Source: Azolla caroliniana
Lineage: Eukaryota > Plantae > Polypodiophyta
Assembly: GCA_043228905.1 (NCBI GenBank)
Contig: JBHGNT010000014.1
Coordinates: 14,136,001-14,200,000 of the forward strand
Length of the DNA stretch: 64,000 bases
Direction of reading: 5' to 3'
The notes below the pieces were generated by a model. It ran no database searches, was not told where the DNA came from, and saw only the letters and a list, made by a program, of their open reading frames with translations. This document shows, piece after piece, positions 25,402 through 37,288 of this stretch. The position numbers were made by a program, and so were the translations under genes. Within the stretch, counting starts at the first letter, position 1. Each line of letters opens with the position of its first letter.

Positions 25402-27024
25402 GTAACAGACTTGCAAAAGTAAGTGTTTATAGTATACCTTTTCATGAAAGTCTTCAATTATTTTGAATATCTTAGGTATACATGAAGATTCAGGAGTTGA
25501 TGATGCAAAAACTGAGTTTACCGACATGGGAAGAAGTTGAACAAGCCTGCCCGATAACTTCTTCCTACAAGGCATTGGAGGAATATTTTATTGTATTTAG
25601 AGAATGGGTATGTGTCTTTTGAATGTTGATATGTTAGAAAGTAATGTTCCATGCTAACAACAATGACACTTGCAGAAACCATCAAAATCGAAAAAGAACA
25701 ACGACAATAATGACGGTGTCGTGCCTTTCGGCTCCGGATCGTTGCGTGAGTCGGGTGGGAACCACAGAGGTCTTGGACTAGGAGAAAGAAGTTCGTGAGA
25801 TAGAGATTAATTATGAGTAAATAGCAAAGAGAAAGATAAGAAACTCGTGAATCACACGAGTATACTATATTAATTGGTACTTAGGGTGTTAAGAGAAAAG
25901 TAGATGTATAAATCGTGAATCCCACGAATAATTTTTGTATTGATTAATACTTAATCCAAATAATCAACAAAAACTACAATGTGCTCCCCATCCTTATATA
26001 GTGATGGGAGAGACTAAGCATAGCTACATGCTTTTTTTTTTCTAATATGTTCATGCACACTAAATGTGCGCGTGATGCTTTTCTAATCCTTGCTTTTATT
26101 TGCTAAATATAGTGCTCATGCACGCTAGATGTGCATGAGTCACTTTTTAGTTGCTTGCGTTTTTCTATAAAATATTCACGCACTCTAAAAATGCATGATT
26201 TACCTTTTTAATAAAGGTAGGCGCAAATAAAGCACTTATAGTTATTAAATCTATTTATAGAACACTAAAGATAAGGTAGCATAATGGTAAAGTTGAAGTT
26301 TGGCTACGTGGAGGTACATGGTTCGAATCCTGCCCTATGCACGTGATAAATATCTTGATATTCTTATTTTATTTATTGGTGATAAATATCTTAATATTCT
26401 TATTTTATTTATTTATATGTAATTAAATCGGTTATATTATTTTTACTTTTTCACATAGTGTACGAAATACACTACGACACTCGCCCCCTCCGAACCCGCA
26501 CATCCTCCGGTATGTGCCGAAGTTGCCGATGCTCGTTGTCTCCCCTTCATCCTCTGTTTGTCCCGCTATGTCAACTTTGTCTCTCCATTTTGAGTAGACC
26601 CATTCTTTCCACCCGAACCATTGTCGCCATCCGATCCACCATATTCTTTGTTCTCTCTCGTCATATTCTTGGCCCTTGTCATTCGTGGTAGTGTCTTTTA
26701 CTGGCCTCTTTCTTGTCTTCATCAACCTTGACTTTTTTCCGGATCGCTCTCGTCCGATCGACTTTCGGTTTGATCGGCTTCCGATCGGATTCGTATTCGG
26801 CCGAATCGGAATCGGTTGTTCGGTTTCGATTGAGTCGGTCTCCTTCCGGCCCGGTTTCGATCTATTGGTTTCGGTTTCAGTTGGCTTTCTTTTCCTCGTT
26901 TTCACCAGCCTCGACCGGTCCAACCTCCGGTTGAGTCGGATTAGCTTCTTTTCGGATCGGTTTCGTCCGATCGGCTTTCGGCTAGGTCGGCTTCCATCCA
27001 TATTCGCGTTCGGCCAAGTCAGAC

Positions 27025-28482
27025 TCAGTCGATCGGTTTTGACCGAGTCGACCCCTTTTCGGGTCGGCTTTCTTTTGGGTCGTCTTTCGGCCGAATCCTC
27101 ATTCGCCCGGTTCGGCTTTCGTTTGGAATTCTCTTCCATCCAAACCGGCTTCCGACTTTACCTTTCTTGCTGCCACCTCCCATCTCTCCGGTCTCACGTT
27201 GGTTCTCGGACACAACCGCCGAAGTCTCTAGAATTAGTGGGTAGGAATCCTCGGTATTATCATCCTCCGTTGTTTCACCCATAGCCATATTCTCGGCTAT
27301 CTCTCCGTCATACGCATCAGCTTCAACCTTTGATTTCTCTCCGCCACCTTCCGTCTCTTCGGTCTCACGTTGCCTTTCGAACGCAACCGCCGGAGTCTCT
27401 GGAATCAGTGGTGGGGAAGTCTCGATATGGCCATCCGCCATTGATTCGTCCATAGCCACCTTCGATTCGATGTCATGTTTCGTGGCGACCTCCTCAATCA
27501 AGTCCTCCTTGCTCTCTTTCACTGCATCAATTATGCAAACATCAATTATGCTTACCCCTTTTTCACCCGATGTTTCGGACACTTGTATTCCGAAATCTTC
27601 TTCTACACTTGGGTTATCGGCCTTATCCTTCATCGTTGTTCTTTCGCAAGACAAGAGGGTAGCTTGTTTTACACCCTCTTCCGTCGCACCATCATGTTGT
27701 ATTTCGGCCTTCATATCGGCTCCATCGTTTGTCTTCAATCGACCATCCTTCATCAGCCATGTCGTTGACAAGATTCTCATCTTCCTCTCATCATGTCTCC
27801 GGCATACCCTTTCGACTTTGGCCCAATCCTCAGTAAGACCGTTCGCACCGTCATCATCTTCGAGTTCAATCCCGATGTCCATCCTCTCTTTTCGATCGAT
27901 CGATTTTACGAACATTAGGACTTTATCCTCCCCCACCAACCGTTGTTCTCGCTCCGAGAGTCGAGCAAAACGATGCTCGAACTCTAGGAATGCTTGTGTT
28001 GCACTTCGGTGGGTCTTCTCCGATGCCACCCATTCGTCGAATTCTCGCCGATCTTTTCCCTTCGATCTCTTGTAATCATATGCCTCTCGTAAAGCTTCTT
28101 CGAATGACCCCCATGTCGAGTTTTGTTGCCGTATCTTGTGGATTCTCTCTTGTAGCTCATCCGTGGCCACCCGATTGAAGGATGTCACTTGCAATCCTTC
28201 CGGTATCCCACATCGTATCATCTCCGCCTTGTAGTCACGTAGATAGCGTGACACATCGTTTCCGTTGAATTGTCCGTTTCGTTGTACGAGCCGCATTACT
28301 GCCCCCGTGATCTCCGACATCACTCGTTGTTCTTGTAGCATCCGCTCGAACATCATCATCATCGTTATGCTCATTGCCTCTTGTTGATTCTCCATCTCCT
28401 TGCCACCCGCCTTCACGTCGGGTTCACCAACTGTGTCGTGCCTTTCGGCTCCGGATCGTTGCGTGAGTCGGGTGGGAACCAC
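27025..28482 (-). CDS. Gag-like protein with an acidic low-complexity tail
   Basis: FNGNDVSRYL...WGSFEEALREAY...FDEW capsid-like helices directly after the PBS; real start probably the ATG near 28395; homologous to 46790-47200. Confidence 0.65.
   Translation of the reverse strand: MVPTRLTQRSGAERHDTVGEPDVKAGGKEMENQQEAMSITMMMMFERMLQEQRVMSEITGAVMRLVQRNGQFNGNDVSRYLRDYKAEMIRCGIPEGLQVTSFNRVATDELQERIHKIRQQNSTWGSFEEALREAYDYKRSKGKDRREFDEWVASEKTHRSATQAFLEFEHRFARLSEREQRLVGEDKVLMFVKSIDRKERMDIGIELEDDDGANGLTEDWAKVERVCRRHDERKMRILSTTWLMKDGRLKTNDGADMKAEIQHDGATEEGVKQATLLSCERTTMKDKADNPSVEEDFGIQVSETSGEKGVSIIDVCIIDAVKESKEDLIEEVATKHDIESKVAMDESMADGHIETSPPLIPETPAVAFERQRETEETEGGGEKSKVEADAYDGEIAENMAMGETTEDDNTEDSYPLILETSAVVSENQRETGEMGGGSKKGKVGSRFGWKRIPNESRTGRMRIRPKDDPKESRPEKGSTRSKPID
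28412..28429 (-). promoter_or_regulatory. Primer-binding site, tRNA-Trp
   Basis: The + strand TTCACGTCGGGTTCACCA equals the 3' end of plant tRNA-Trp(CCA) as I recall it; 4 nt from the LTR. Confidence 0.8.
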
Positions 28483-29200
28483 AGAGGTCTTGGACTAGGA
28501 GAAAGAAGTTCGTGAGATAGAGATTAATTATGAGTAAATAGCAAAGAGAAAGATAAGAAACTCGTGAATCACACGAGTATACTATATTAATTGGTACTTA
28601 GGGTGTTAAGAGAAAAGTAGATGTATAAATCGTGAATCCCACGAATAATTTTTGTATTGATTAATACTTAATCCAAATAATCAACAAAAACTACAATGTG
28701 CTCCCCATCCTTATATAGTGATGGGAGAGACTAAGCATAGCTACATGCTTTTTTTTTTCTAATATGTTCATGCACACTAAATGTGCACGTGATGCTTTTC
28801 TAATCCTTGCTTTTATTTGCTAAATATAGTGCTCATGCACGCTAGATGTGCATGAGTCACTTTTTAGTTGCTTGCGTTTTTCTATAAAATATTCACGCAC
28901 TCTAAAAATGCATGATTTACCTTTTTAATAAAGGTAGGCGCAAATAAAGCACTTATAGTTATTAAATCTATTTATAGAACACTAAAGATAAGGTAGCATA
29001 ATGGTAAAGTTGAAGTTTGGCTACGTGGAGGTACATGGTTCGAATCTTGCCCTATGCACGTGATAAATATCTTGATATTCTTATTTTATTTATTGGTGAT
29101 AAATATCTTAATATTCTTATTTTATTTATTTATATGTAATTAAATCGGTTATATTATTTTTACTTTTTCACATAGTGTACGAAATACACTACGACACTGG

Positions 29201-30442
29201 TATTCCAGCGGCCTTCATCACGCACTTAGAACGTGCGAAATATGAGAAGAGAATGACCAAAGGGAAGGAAACGGAACTGCCCGAGGATTCGGAGACTGTA
29301 AAGAGTTTTTTGCATAGGTCCGATCCTTTCAAACAGCTTCATTATAGTGTTTTCAATGGCGAAGTATCCCAGATGCTCGAACTGTTACCGAGAAGGCACT
29401 ACACTTTGCTGATAGCTGACATACCATATGGTTTCCGTATTGCAGGATCAACATATGATGATGTGCCTTTCAAGTACCCTCAGATCGAGAAAATGGTAAA
29501 GGATTTCGCAGAACTGACATTGGCCCCCTTGTGGAGGATAGTCATATTTCATAGCATGGGGCAATCACTGTCAGTCACAACAGCTTTGAAGTCCCGTTGT
29601 CATGCCACTGAACACATGCATTGGTGCGTTATAGTTCGCTTTTACTCATTACAGTACTTCTTATTATATGTACACATTTACACCTCTAATACTTGATTTT
29701 CTTTCTCTATAGGATCGAAACAAATATTACACGTAGCCCTGGCGATCGAATGGTTAGTGCGGTCGAACATTTTTGTGTGGGCTACTATGATTCAATTACA
29801 AAGAAGAAGGCTAGAGCACATGTCAATGAGCGTAACGTGGTTAACTACATCATGTGCCCAGTCGTAACCAAAAAATTAAGACATGTGTCAGGGGATAAAA
29901 GTATGGTGAACCCTTATCAAAAACCTCAAAGATTGATCAACCGCGTCATAGAGCTCTTCTCGAATCCAGATGATTGGGTCCTAGACTTGTTCTCTGGCAC
30001 AGGTATAATATATATATTTAATTTCAATCTTGTCTATCAAGTTTAAGACGTTACTTCTTATATATACTTGTTTGTGTTCATGCGACCATTAGGTACAACG
30101 ACAGCTTGTGCATTGAAGATGTTTAGAAACTGTGTTGCATTGGAGAAGGACCCTGCTCAAGTTAACTTCATCAAAATGAGGATCACAGGAATCTGGGACT
30201 GTCCAGATCAGGATCAAGAAGTCGGAGCAAAACACATCAACGAGACAAAGATGTTCCAGATGACTTCACGAGAACCAATGGAACCAATTGATGAAGAAGC
30301 AGGGGAGCTGGTGGACCTGGAAGATGTAGCACAGTTTGACCATACATCAGATTCGGGAGAGCTTGGAGATGACACGAATGAAAACAGTCTAGAACAATCA
30401 GCGCTAGAGGAGCCTGCTCTGCCTGATTTGCTTATAGATTGA
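29201..30442 (+). CDS. DNA methyltransferase domain exons (N6_N4_Mtase-like, beta order)
   Basis: DIPY at 29418-29429; W-I-E-T-N...VEHF across intron 29624-29712; PYQKPQRLINRVIELFSNPDDWVLDLFSGT|GTTTACALKMFRNCVALEKD across intron 30003-30092. Confidence 0.88.
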
Positions 30443-31172
30443 TGTAGATGGCGTAATGTAAAAATTGAGGATTTTGAGGCATAATGTTCACCATCACTTC
30501 ATATTATATTTGTATATGAGAACATCTGTAATTGTTTATCGTTTAATTAAATTCACCTGTTCATAATTTCCCTTTTTAATCATTATTGGAATCGTTGTTT
30601 GTATTTACATATAATTGGTCACCATGCTCTTCTTCAGTTTGAGATATTAACATGATATTGTAATTTCTCATTTCCGTTAGCATGACTGTATATGAAAAGG
30701 CGAATGTTTTTGATAATAAGAGGTTTTTAGTTACCTACAGTTCAAGTCTACTGGTTCCACATAGTATAAATGAATGTCGTACGTAATTGTTACTCTTACC
30801 AATTACATTGTCATGAACTATATGACATTATACAATGAAACTATCGATATACCCGTCCAACAAGTGGGGTACTACTTTATTCCTAAACCCAAAACCACAT
30901 ATTTATAATTACGGTTTATGTAGTTTTACTCTACAATTTGAATATGGATACCAATTTTAGAACTTTATATTGAACCAAGTCTTCAATTGTGCTCCATGAT
31001 ATGCAAATTGACACGAATGTGGACACATATACAATTTAGTAATTGCTAGGTTTTTTTTGTTCTATATTTAACCATCAAGTCGCAAAAGGGGTACGCATGC
31101 ATCATATATTTTCGATATCAGGCTAAAATAGGGTACTTTTCTACATCTGGCCAACTATGCCAAAAGAGAATA

Positions 31173-31205
31173 CGACATATTACCTGTTTCAAATGACCCG
31201 GTGTT
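31173..31205 (-). repeat. Right terminal inverted repeat
   Basis: Exact reverse complement of 20109-20141. Confidence 0.95.
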
Positions 31206-32525
31206 CACTACCGATTGCGATATCGGATGCGTCCATGAATATGTGGAAGGGCTCTGTCCAATCCGGGGGTTAGCTAATGGGGCTTGGGACAACATGACTT
31301 TCAGTGATTGGTATGCCATGTCCTATGGTTCTATCCATCGGAAGGGCATGGTGTCGTGAAAATCTGTGACTATCTGCACATTGTGAGGCAGAACCGCTGG
31401 GGTTATGGACATGAAGGAAACAGGGCTTACACGCACAACACTAGGAAGGCTTACACAACAAGGCACGAGTATTTGAACGGGTTTGTGAAAAGGAGAGGTG
31501 CATGGGCAAGCCCAAATCAACCCCTAGTCACAAGGCGAACAAAGGCACGTGACGAAAGCTTACATACGGACACACTGACACAAACAACATGCTCCCTATG
31601 CGCAACTCTCGGCCACAACCGAGCTTCGAATCATACATAGAAAACGGGAAATGAAAGCACGACACAAAAGGAGAGAAGAGTACACAGGATGTTTAACGTG
31701 GAAAACCCTGAGAGGGAAAAACCACGGCAGTCCATTGACTACTAACTATCACTATGTCACAATGATTACAACAATGAGCTCACGGAGGCAACGACCTCGA
31801 TCTCACGATCTTCCCCACAGGCGGCGGTTACAATAGAGGCAACGACCTGTTCCTCTCTCTCTCTCTCTCTCTCTGTACACTGTTACGCGCTCTCTAGTCT
31901 TGCACCAGCAAGAATGACAACAACACTAACAATAAGTTTTCCCTAAGTCATATTTATACTAATATGTGTCATGATAACAGTCACATCATGCATCGAGAGG
32001 ATCATGACACTCACATTATGACTCGAAAGGATTTGAACCCATGACCTTGTTGTACACATGTCAAATCCTTAACCATTGTATTAATATCCTTATATGTATA
32101 GTCTCTAGAATATGAAATCTAGTATCATAGGAATATTCTATATTACTCTACATTCTAGAATGACCTAGAATATTCTGGAGTGTTCTATACCACTAGAACC
32201 TTCTAGAATACTCTAGAGATCTTCTAGATTACTCTACATTCTAGGATAACCTAGAATATTCTAGAGTGTTCTCTATTACTTATAAATAGGGATCTACCAC
32301 CCATCCCAAACCTAAATTGGTTCAACGCCATTTTGTAGCCTACTCTTTGTAATCCATTTTACGGTTCAATATAATAATTCTCTTTCAATTATCTCTCTAT
32401 CTCTTTTTCTCTCTCTTTCTCTCTCTCAGTCTTGACAATTTGAACCAATTTCTTTCCTTTCATCTCTTCGTCTTCCACAAACCCTAACAAGTTCTCTTCT
32501 TCCTTCTCCTCTCCCCTCATAAGCT

Positions 32526-33650
32526 ATGGAGTCCGTGAGCAAACAAGAATACATGCATGTTCTTTCTGAGCTCGACATGCTCACGAATAAATTTGTGGCA
32601 TTAGAGCATGAGAATCAAAGGCTACTTGGAGATCTACAACACGTGAGCGCCGAAAAAGCTCAACAATATGAAGAGTTATCACAGTGGGTTCATCAACTTG
32701 AGGCGACTATATTGTCATTACGAGAGCAAGCGTCGGGGGCTCAGAACTCCCCTAGAGAGCCAAAGATCAGTCTCCCTACCAAGTTTGATGGTACGAGGTC
32801 TTTATTTCGAGGCTTTTTGAATCAAGTTCGTCTAGTTATTCAGCTACATCCCAATCGGTATCCAACTGATGCTGCTCGTGTGGGATTAGTGGGAACTTTG
32901 CTATGCGGTACGACGTTAGCATGGTTCGCACCACTTCTCGAGAAGAAATCGCCATTGCTGGAGGATTTCGAGGCATTTGTTAAAGAGTTTCAAGCTAGTT
33001 TCGGAGACACCGACAACACTAGGACAACGATAAACAAGATTCGAAGGCTCCAACAAGGAGATCGTCCCGCGTCGTCTTATGCAGCCGAGTTCCGTCTCTT
33101 GGCATGCGATATCCCTTGGGATGAGGCAGCTTTAATGGATCAATTCCGTCAAGGTTTGAGAAATGATGTCAAAGATCTTCTTCTTACTTTCCCTGAAGAT
33201 CCGAAGTCACTTACAGAAGCCATTAGTCGAGCTGTACGATGTGATAATCGCCTATTTGAGCGACGTTCTGAGCGCCAACAAATGTTACGCCGCCAACCGG
33301 AGCAGACTTACGCTTCCGTAGTCGCAACGCCTCCACAAGTTTCTAGAACCATTACAAGGGATGGCCCAACTCCGATGGAAATAGAGTCAACACAACGTCG
33401 TGGGCCATTATCAGATGTTGAGAAGCAACGACGTCGAGCGCATCGCCTCTGCCTGTATTGTGGCGGTCCAGGACATATAGCTGTAAATTGTCCACATAAA
33501 ACTAGGCGTCAAGTATACCAAGTAAGTGCCCATGAAAACCCTACATCGAGTTCTATTGTTACTTCTAATAACATAAATAAGCCTCATAGTCCATGTCATG
33601 AGAATAGATTCGATATCTTGAGTCAATTAGAGGATGTGTTAAACGAGTAA
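32526..33650 (+). CDS. gag: Gag of the chromovirus
   Basis: PTKFDG, LQQG...[24 protein letters not shown] zinc knuckle. Confidence 0.92.
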   Translation: MESVSKQEYMHVLSELDMLTNKFVALEHENQRLLGDLQHVSAEKAQQYEELSQWVHQLEATILSLREQASGAQNSPREPKISLPTKFDGTRSLFRGFLNQVRLVIQLHPNRYPTDAARVGLVGTLLCGTTLAWFAPLLEKKSPLLEDFEAFVKEFQASFGDTDNTRTTINKIRRLQQGDRPASSYAAEFRLLACDIPWDEAALMDQFRQGLRNDVKDLLLTFPEDPKSLTEAISRAVRCDNRLFERRSERQQMLRRQPEQTYASVVATPPQVSRTITRDGPTPMEIESTQRRGPLSDVEKQRRRAHRLCLYCGGPGHIAVNCPHKTRRQVYQVSAHENPTSSSIVTSNNINKPHSPCHENRFDILSQLEDVLNE

Positions 33651-33736
33651 GTCTAGCCAAAATAGGAGCCATTTGGCTGGACCATCCTAGCTATGTAGAG
33701 TTAGTTCCTAGTCGTGGTTCCATTTCATCAAATCAA

Positions 33737-36700
33737 GTGAGTCGAGTTTTTTCAGCACAAGTCAAGCTTACCACATCTACATGTCATCGAGTCCTAGCCT
33801 CTGCCCTTCTAGATTCTGGAGCCAACTCTTGTTTCATGGATCGTGAATTTGCCTTGTCACAAAACATCCTCTTGAATAAGCTTCCTAGCCCAGTAGCCAT
33901 AGGAGTCATTGATGGACGTCCCATAGCATCAGGAGATATAGTTGAGGAGTCCGAGCCAATTAGGATAGTTCTTGGAAATTTGGCAAGCATAATCTCTTTC
34001 AATATTATTCGTAGTCCGGACCACCCAACAGTTCTAGGTCTCCCCTGGTTTGAACTCCATAACCCGAAGATTGATTGGATGAAAAGAACAATTGAGGAGA
34101 CCCGAGAAAAAAGCACAAATCCCGCACCCCTCTCTCCTACATGTGCTAATAGATCCCCGGAGTTATCGCCCATCTCTTTACGACAATTGCGGGAGGAAGG
34201 GGGGAACGAGGCCATGTTCGTCTTCGCAATAATAGCAATTCCATCATCCACTTCACGTGAAGTGGATATTAAACTACCAGAGAAATACAAGGAGTTTTCA
34301 GATGTCTTTGATAAGGTGAAGGCCAATACATTGCCGGAGTATCGGCCATACGACTGCCCTATTGACTTACAACCAGGGAAAGAACCTCCATGGGGCCCAA
34401 TTTATAATCTCTCCCCTGTAGAGCTAGAGACTTTGCGGGAATATATTGATGAGAATCTGGCAAACGGATTCATTCGGCATTCTAGATCCCCTGCTGGTGC
34501 ACCTATCTTCTTCGTTAAGAAGAAGAATGGGACTCTTCGGTTGGTCGTGGATTATCGAGGGCTAAACAAAGTGACTATCCGAAATAGATATGCTCTACCA
34601 TTAATCCCGAATCTTTTGGAATGTCTCAGTGGTGCAAAATATTTCATGAAGTTGGACCTTCGCGGAGCATATAATCTAGTTCGGATTTTCCCGGGGGATG
34701 AATGGAAGACAACTTTCCGCACTCGCTATGAACATTTTGAGTATATAGTGATGCCATTTGGTCTCACGAATGCACTTGTTGTTTTCCAACATATGGAGAA
34801 CGATATTTTTCGAGATTTTCTTGATATCTTCACTATAGTTTACCTAGATGATATTTTAATCTACTCAAAGACCCAAGAGGAGCATGATGAACATGTCCGT
34901 CAAGTACTGCGCCGACTCCGAGAATATGGTCTCTACGCAAAATTAGAAAAGTGTAGTTTCGGCCAGAATCAAGTGGAATTTTTGGGGTATGTTGTATCGT
35001 CAAATGGTATTGCTATGGACCCCATGAAGGTACAAGCAATTTTAGAGTGGCAAATGCCCCTTTCAGTGCGTGATGTGCAATGTTTTCTCGGGTTTGCAAA
35101 TTTTTATCAAAAATTTATTAAAGATTATTCCAAGGTTGTGCTTCCGCTTACTCAGCTCACACATAAAGATCAACCATTTATATGGAGTTCAGATGCAGCC
35201 GAGGCATTCGAAAGCTTAAAACGAGCATTTACAACGGCACCTATCTTAGCACATGTCGACCCAACAAAACGCTTCATCCTCGAAGCCGATGCATCCGATT
35301 TTGCACTAGGGAGTGTCCTCTCGCAGACTGGAGATGATGGACAACTACACCCTGTCGCCTTTCATTCACGAAAGTTTGAAGCTGCAGAGATCAACTACGA
35401 GATCCATGACAAAGAGCTTCTTGCAATCGTGGACTCGTTTCAACAATGGCGACATTTCCTAGAAGGTTCTTCTCAGCAGATCATTGTCTACAATGATCAT
35501 AAGAACCTGACCTATTTCCAAAATGCTCGAGTCTTGAGTCGGTGACAAGCCCGGTGGGCGCAATTTTTGACTCACTTTGACTTTATCATCATATATCGCC
35601 CTGGGATGCAGCAAGGCAAAGCAGATGCTCTTTCTCGGCGCTCTTATATGGAACTTCGTCCAAGGGAACCTGCATTTGAGCATAAAAAACAAATCCTTTT
35701 GGGTCCTAATCGATTACGATTAATGGTAGTTAACGCCATAACAACTCTTGAAAATTCCACTCTTCTTGATTCCATTCGAGATCATATGGCCACTGATGAT
35801 TTCGCCAAGGATGTTTTGGATCATATCGTCCCGGATCGTGCTTCTTGCTCACAGTCGAAAAATCCTCGTAATGACTATTGTCAGTTCTATTGGCATGATG
35901 GTTTTCTATTTCGACAAAATTTATTGTATGTTCTTGATGGTCCCCCACGGCTACAAGTTTTGCAACATTGCCATGACTCACCAATGGCTGGTCATTTTGG
36001 AGTTCACAAGACTCTAGAATTAATTTCTCGACGCTATTGGTGGTCTCGCCTTCGTCATTTTGTTGAGGAGTATGTTCAGAGTTGTGATATATGTTGTCGA
36101 TCAAAGAATCCTCGTCACCGACCCTATGGCTTACTACAACCACTTCCCATTCTGGAAAGACCTTGGAAGTCTATCTCCTTGGACTTCATTACTGATCTCC
36201 CAGTTTCAAAAGGTTTTGATGCAATTCTCACAGTGCTTGATCGATTTACCAAAATGGCACATTTCTTACCATGTACAAAGTCGATTACTAGTCAAGAGAC
36301 GGCTGATCTCGTTATGTGGGAGGTATTTAAGCATCATGGTCTGCCGGATGATATTATTAGTGATCGTGGTCCACAATTCATCTCAAAGTTTTGGAAGCAC
36401 CTGTTCAAACTTCTCCACATTTCAGTTAAGCTTTCTTCGGGCTATCATCCTGAAACAAATGGCCAAACAGAGTGTACCAACCAGACATTGGAACAATGTC
36501 TTCGTTGTTTCATCAACTATCAACAAGATGATTGGTTTGCTTTTTTGCACTTGGCGGAATTCGCTTACAACAACTCAGCCCATTCTTCTACAGGATATTC
36601 CCCATTTTTCGCAAATACGGGTTGTCATCCTCGGTGGACGATGAATGCGCATCCAGAAGTTCCTACCAACCCTGCTGCCGAGGATCATCTTAGTCACCTC

Positions 36701-37288
36701 CAAGAAATTCAAGCTAACATTCTCCACAATTTGCACGATGCTCAATTTACACAAAAGAGGCTTGTCGATCGTCATCGTCTAGACTCCTCAAAAAAGTTCC
36801 ACATTGGGGATCATGTATGGCTTCTCCAACACAACATCAAGACCACACGACCTTGTAGTAAATTGGATTACCAACGTTTTGGCCCTTACATGATCACTGG
36901 TAAGATAAGTGATGTTGCATTTCATCTTGACCTCCCTCTGCACATGCATCTTCATCCGGTGTTTCATGTATCCCTTTTGGAACCTTATACTACAAGTTCA
37001 ATTCTGGGCCGTCTTACAACACCCCCACCACCTGTCGAGTTCTTGGACGGGCCTAAATTTGAAGTTGCTGCCATTCTCGATTCTAAAATCGTGCGCAACA
37101 AGCTGTATTACTTAGTCGATTGGCTAGGCTATACCCCCAATGATCAAACTTGGGAACCTGCCAAAAATCTTTCCAATGCTGCAGAACTCGTCAATGCATT
37201 TCATCGCCAATATCCTTGTAAACCAGGTCCTAATACAAACCCTACGACCCGTGAGACGTGTCATCGAAGAAGGGGGATAATGTCATAA
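33737..37288 (+). pseudogene. pol: Pol (PR-RT-RH-INT-chromodomain) with one internal stop near 35543
   Basis: ORFs 33737-35545 and 35567-37288 share a frame; C-terminal FEVAAILDSK...YLVDWLGY...TWEP. Confidence 0.92.

Larger units (their letters stand above)
25717..29196 (-). mobile_element. Non-autonomous LTR retrotransposon (gag-like ORF only, tRNA-Trp primed)
   Basis: 763-bp LTRs at 25717-26479 and 28434-29196 with only two substitutions noticed. PBS at 28412-28429; PPT at 26480-26491; flanks ACGG/CTGG. Confidence 0.93.
23406..30442 (+). pseudogene. ParB/Srx-like domain plus beta-class N6-adenine/N4-cytosine DNA methyltransferase; six exons, ~960 aa reconstructed, disrupted
   Basis: Exons 23406-23431, 23781-25401, 25476-25607, 25676-25716+29201-29623, 29713-30002 and 30093-30442 splice in frame with GT..AG introns. 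Motifs: YVIGGSHS (ParB-like), LLIADIPY (motif IV), QKP...VLDLFSGTGTT...ALEKD (motif I). Stops at 24376 and 24547; LTR insertion at 25717-29196. Confidence 0.85.
20109..31205. mobile_element. Complete TIR DNA transposon (Sola-like) carrying a ParB-like/DNA-methyltransferase cargo gene
   Basis: Perfect 33-bp TIR AACACCGGGTCATTTGAAACAGGTAATATGTCG at 20109-20141 and 31173-31205. TSD CACT at 20105-20108 and 31206-31209. Removing the element and one TSD restores the host RNase H frame DASDIAIGS-ALM. Confidence 0.95.

Noticed and set aside
26270-26345. Functional tRNA gene
   Set aside because: A/B boxes and a T-arm are present, but there is no convincing acceptor or anticodon stem; reported only as tRNA-like
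29201-30442. Bacterial contamination or a restriction-modification system
   Set aside because: Spliceosomal introns, nesting in plant retroelements with TSDs, and no restriction endonuclease partner
20109-31209. CACTA/EnSpm or Transib assignment based on nearby CACTA/CAC strings
   Set aside because: CACT is the TSD, the termini are AACACC...GGTGTT, and frame restoration fixes the duplication at 4 bp
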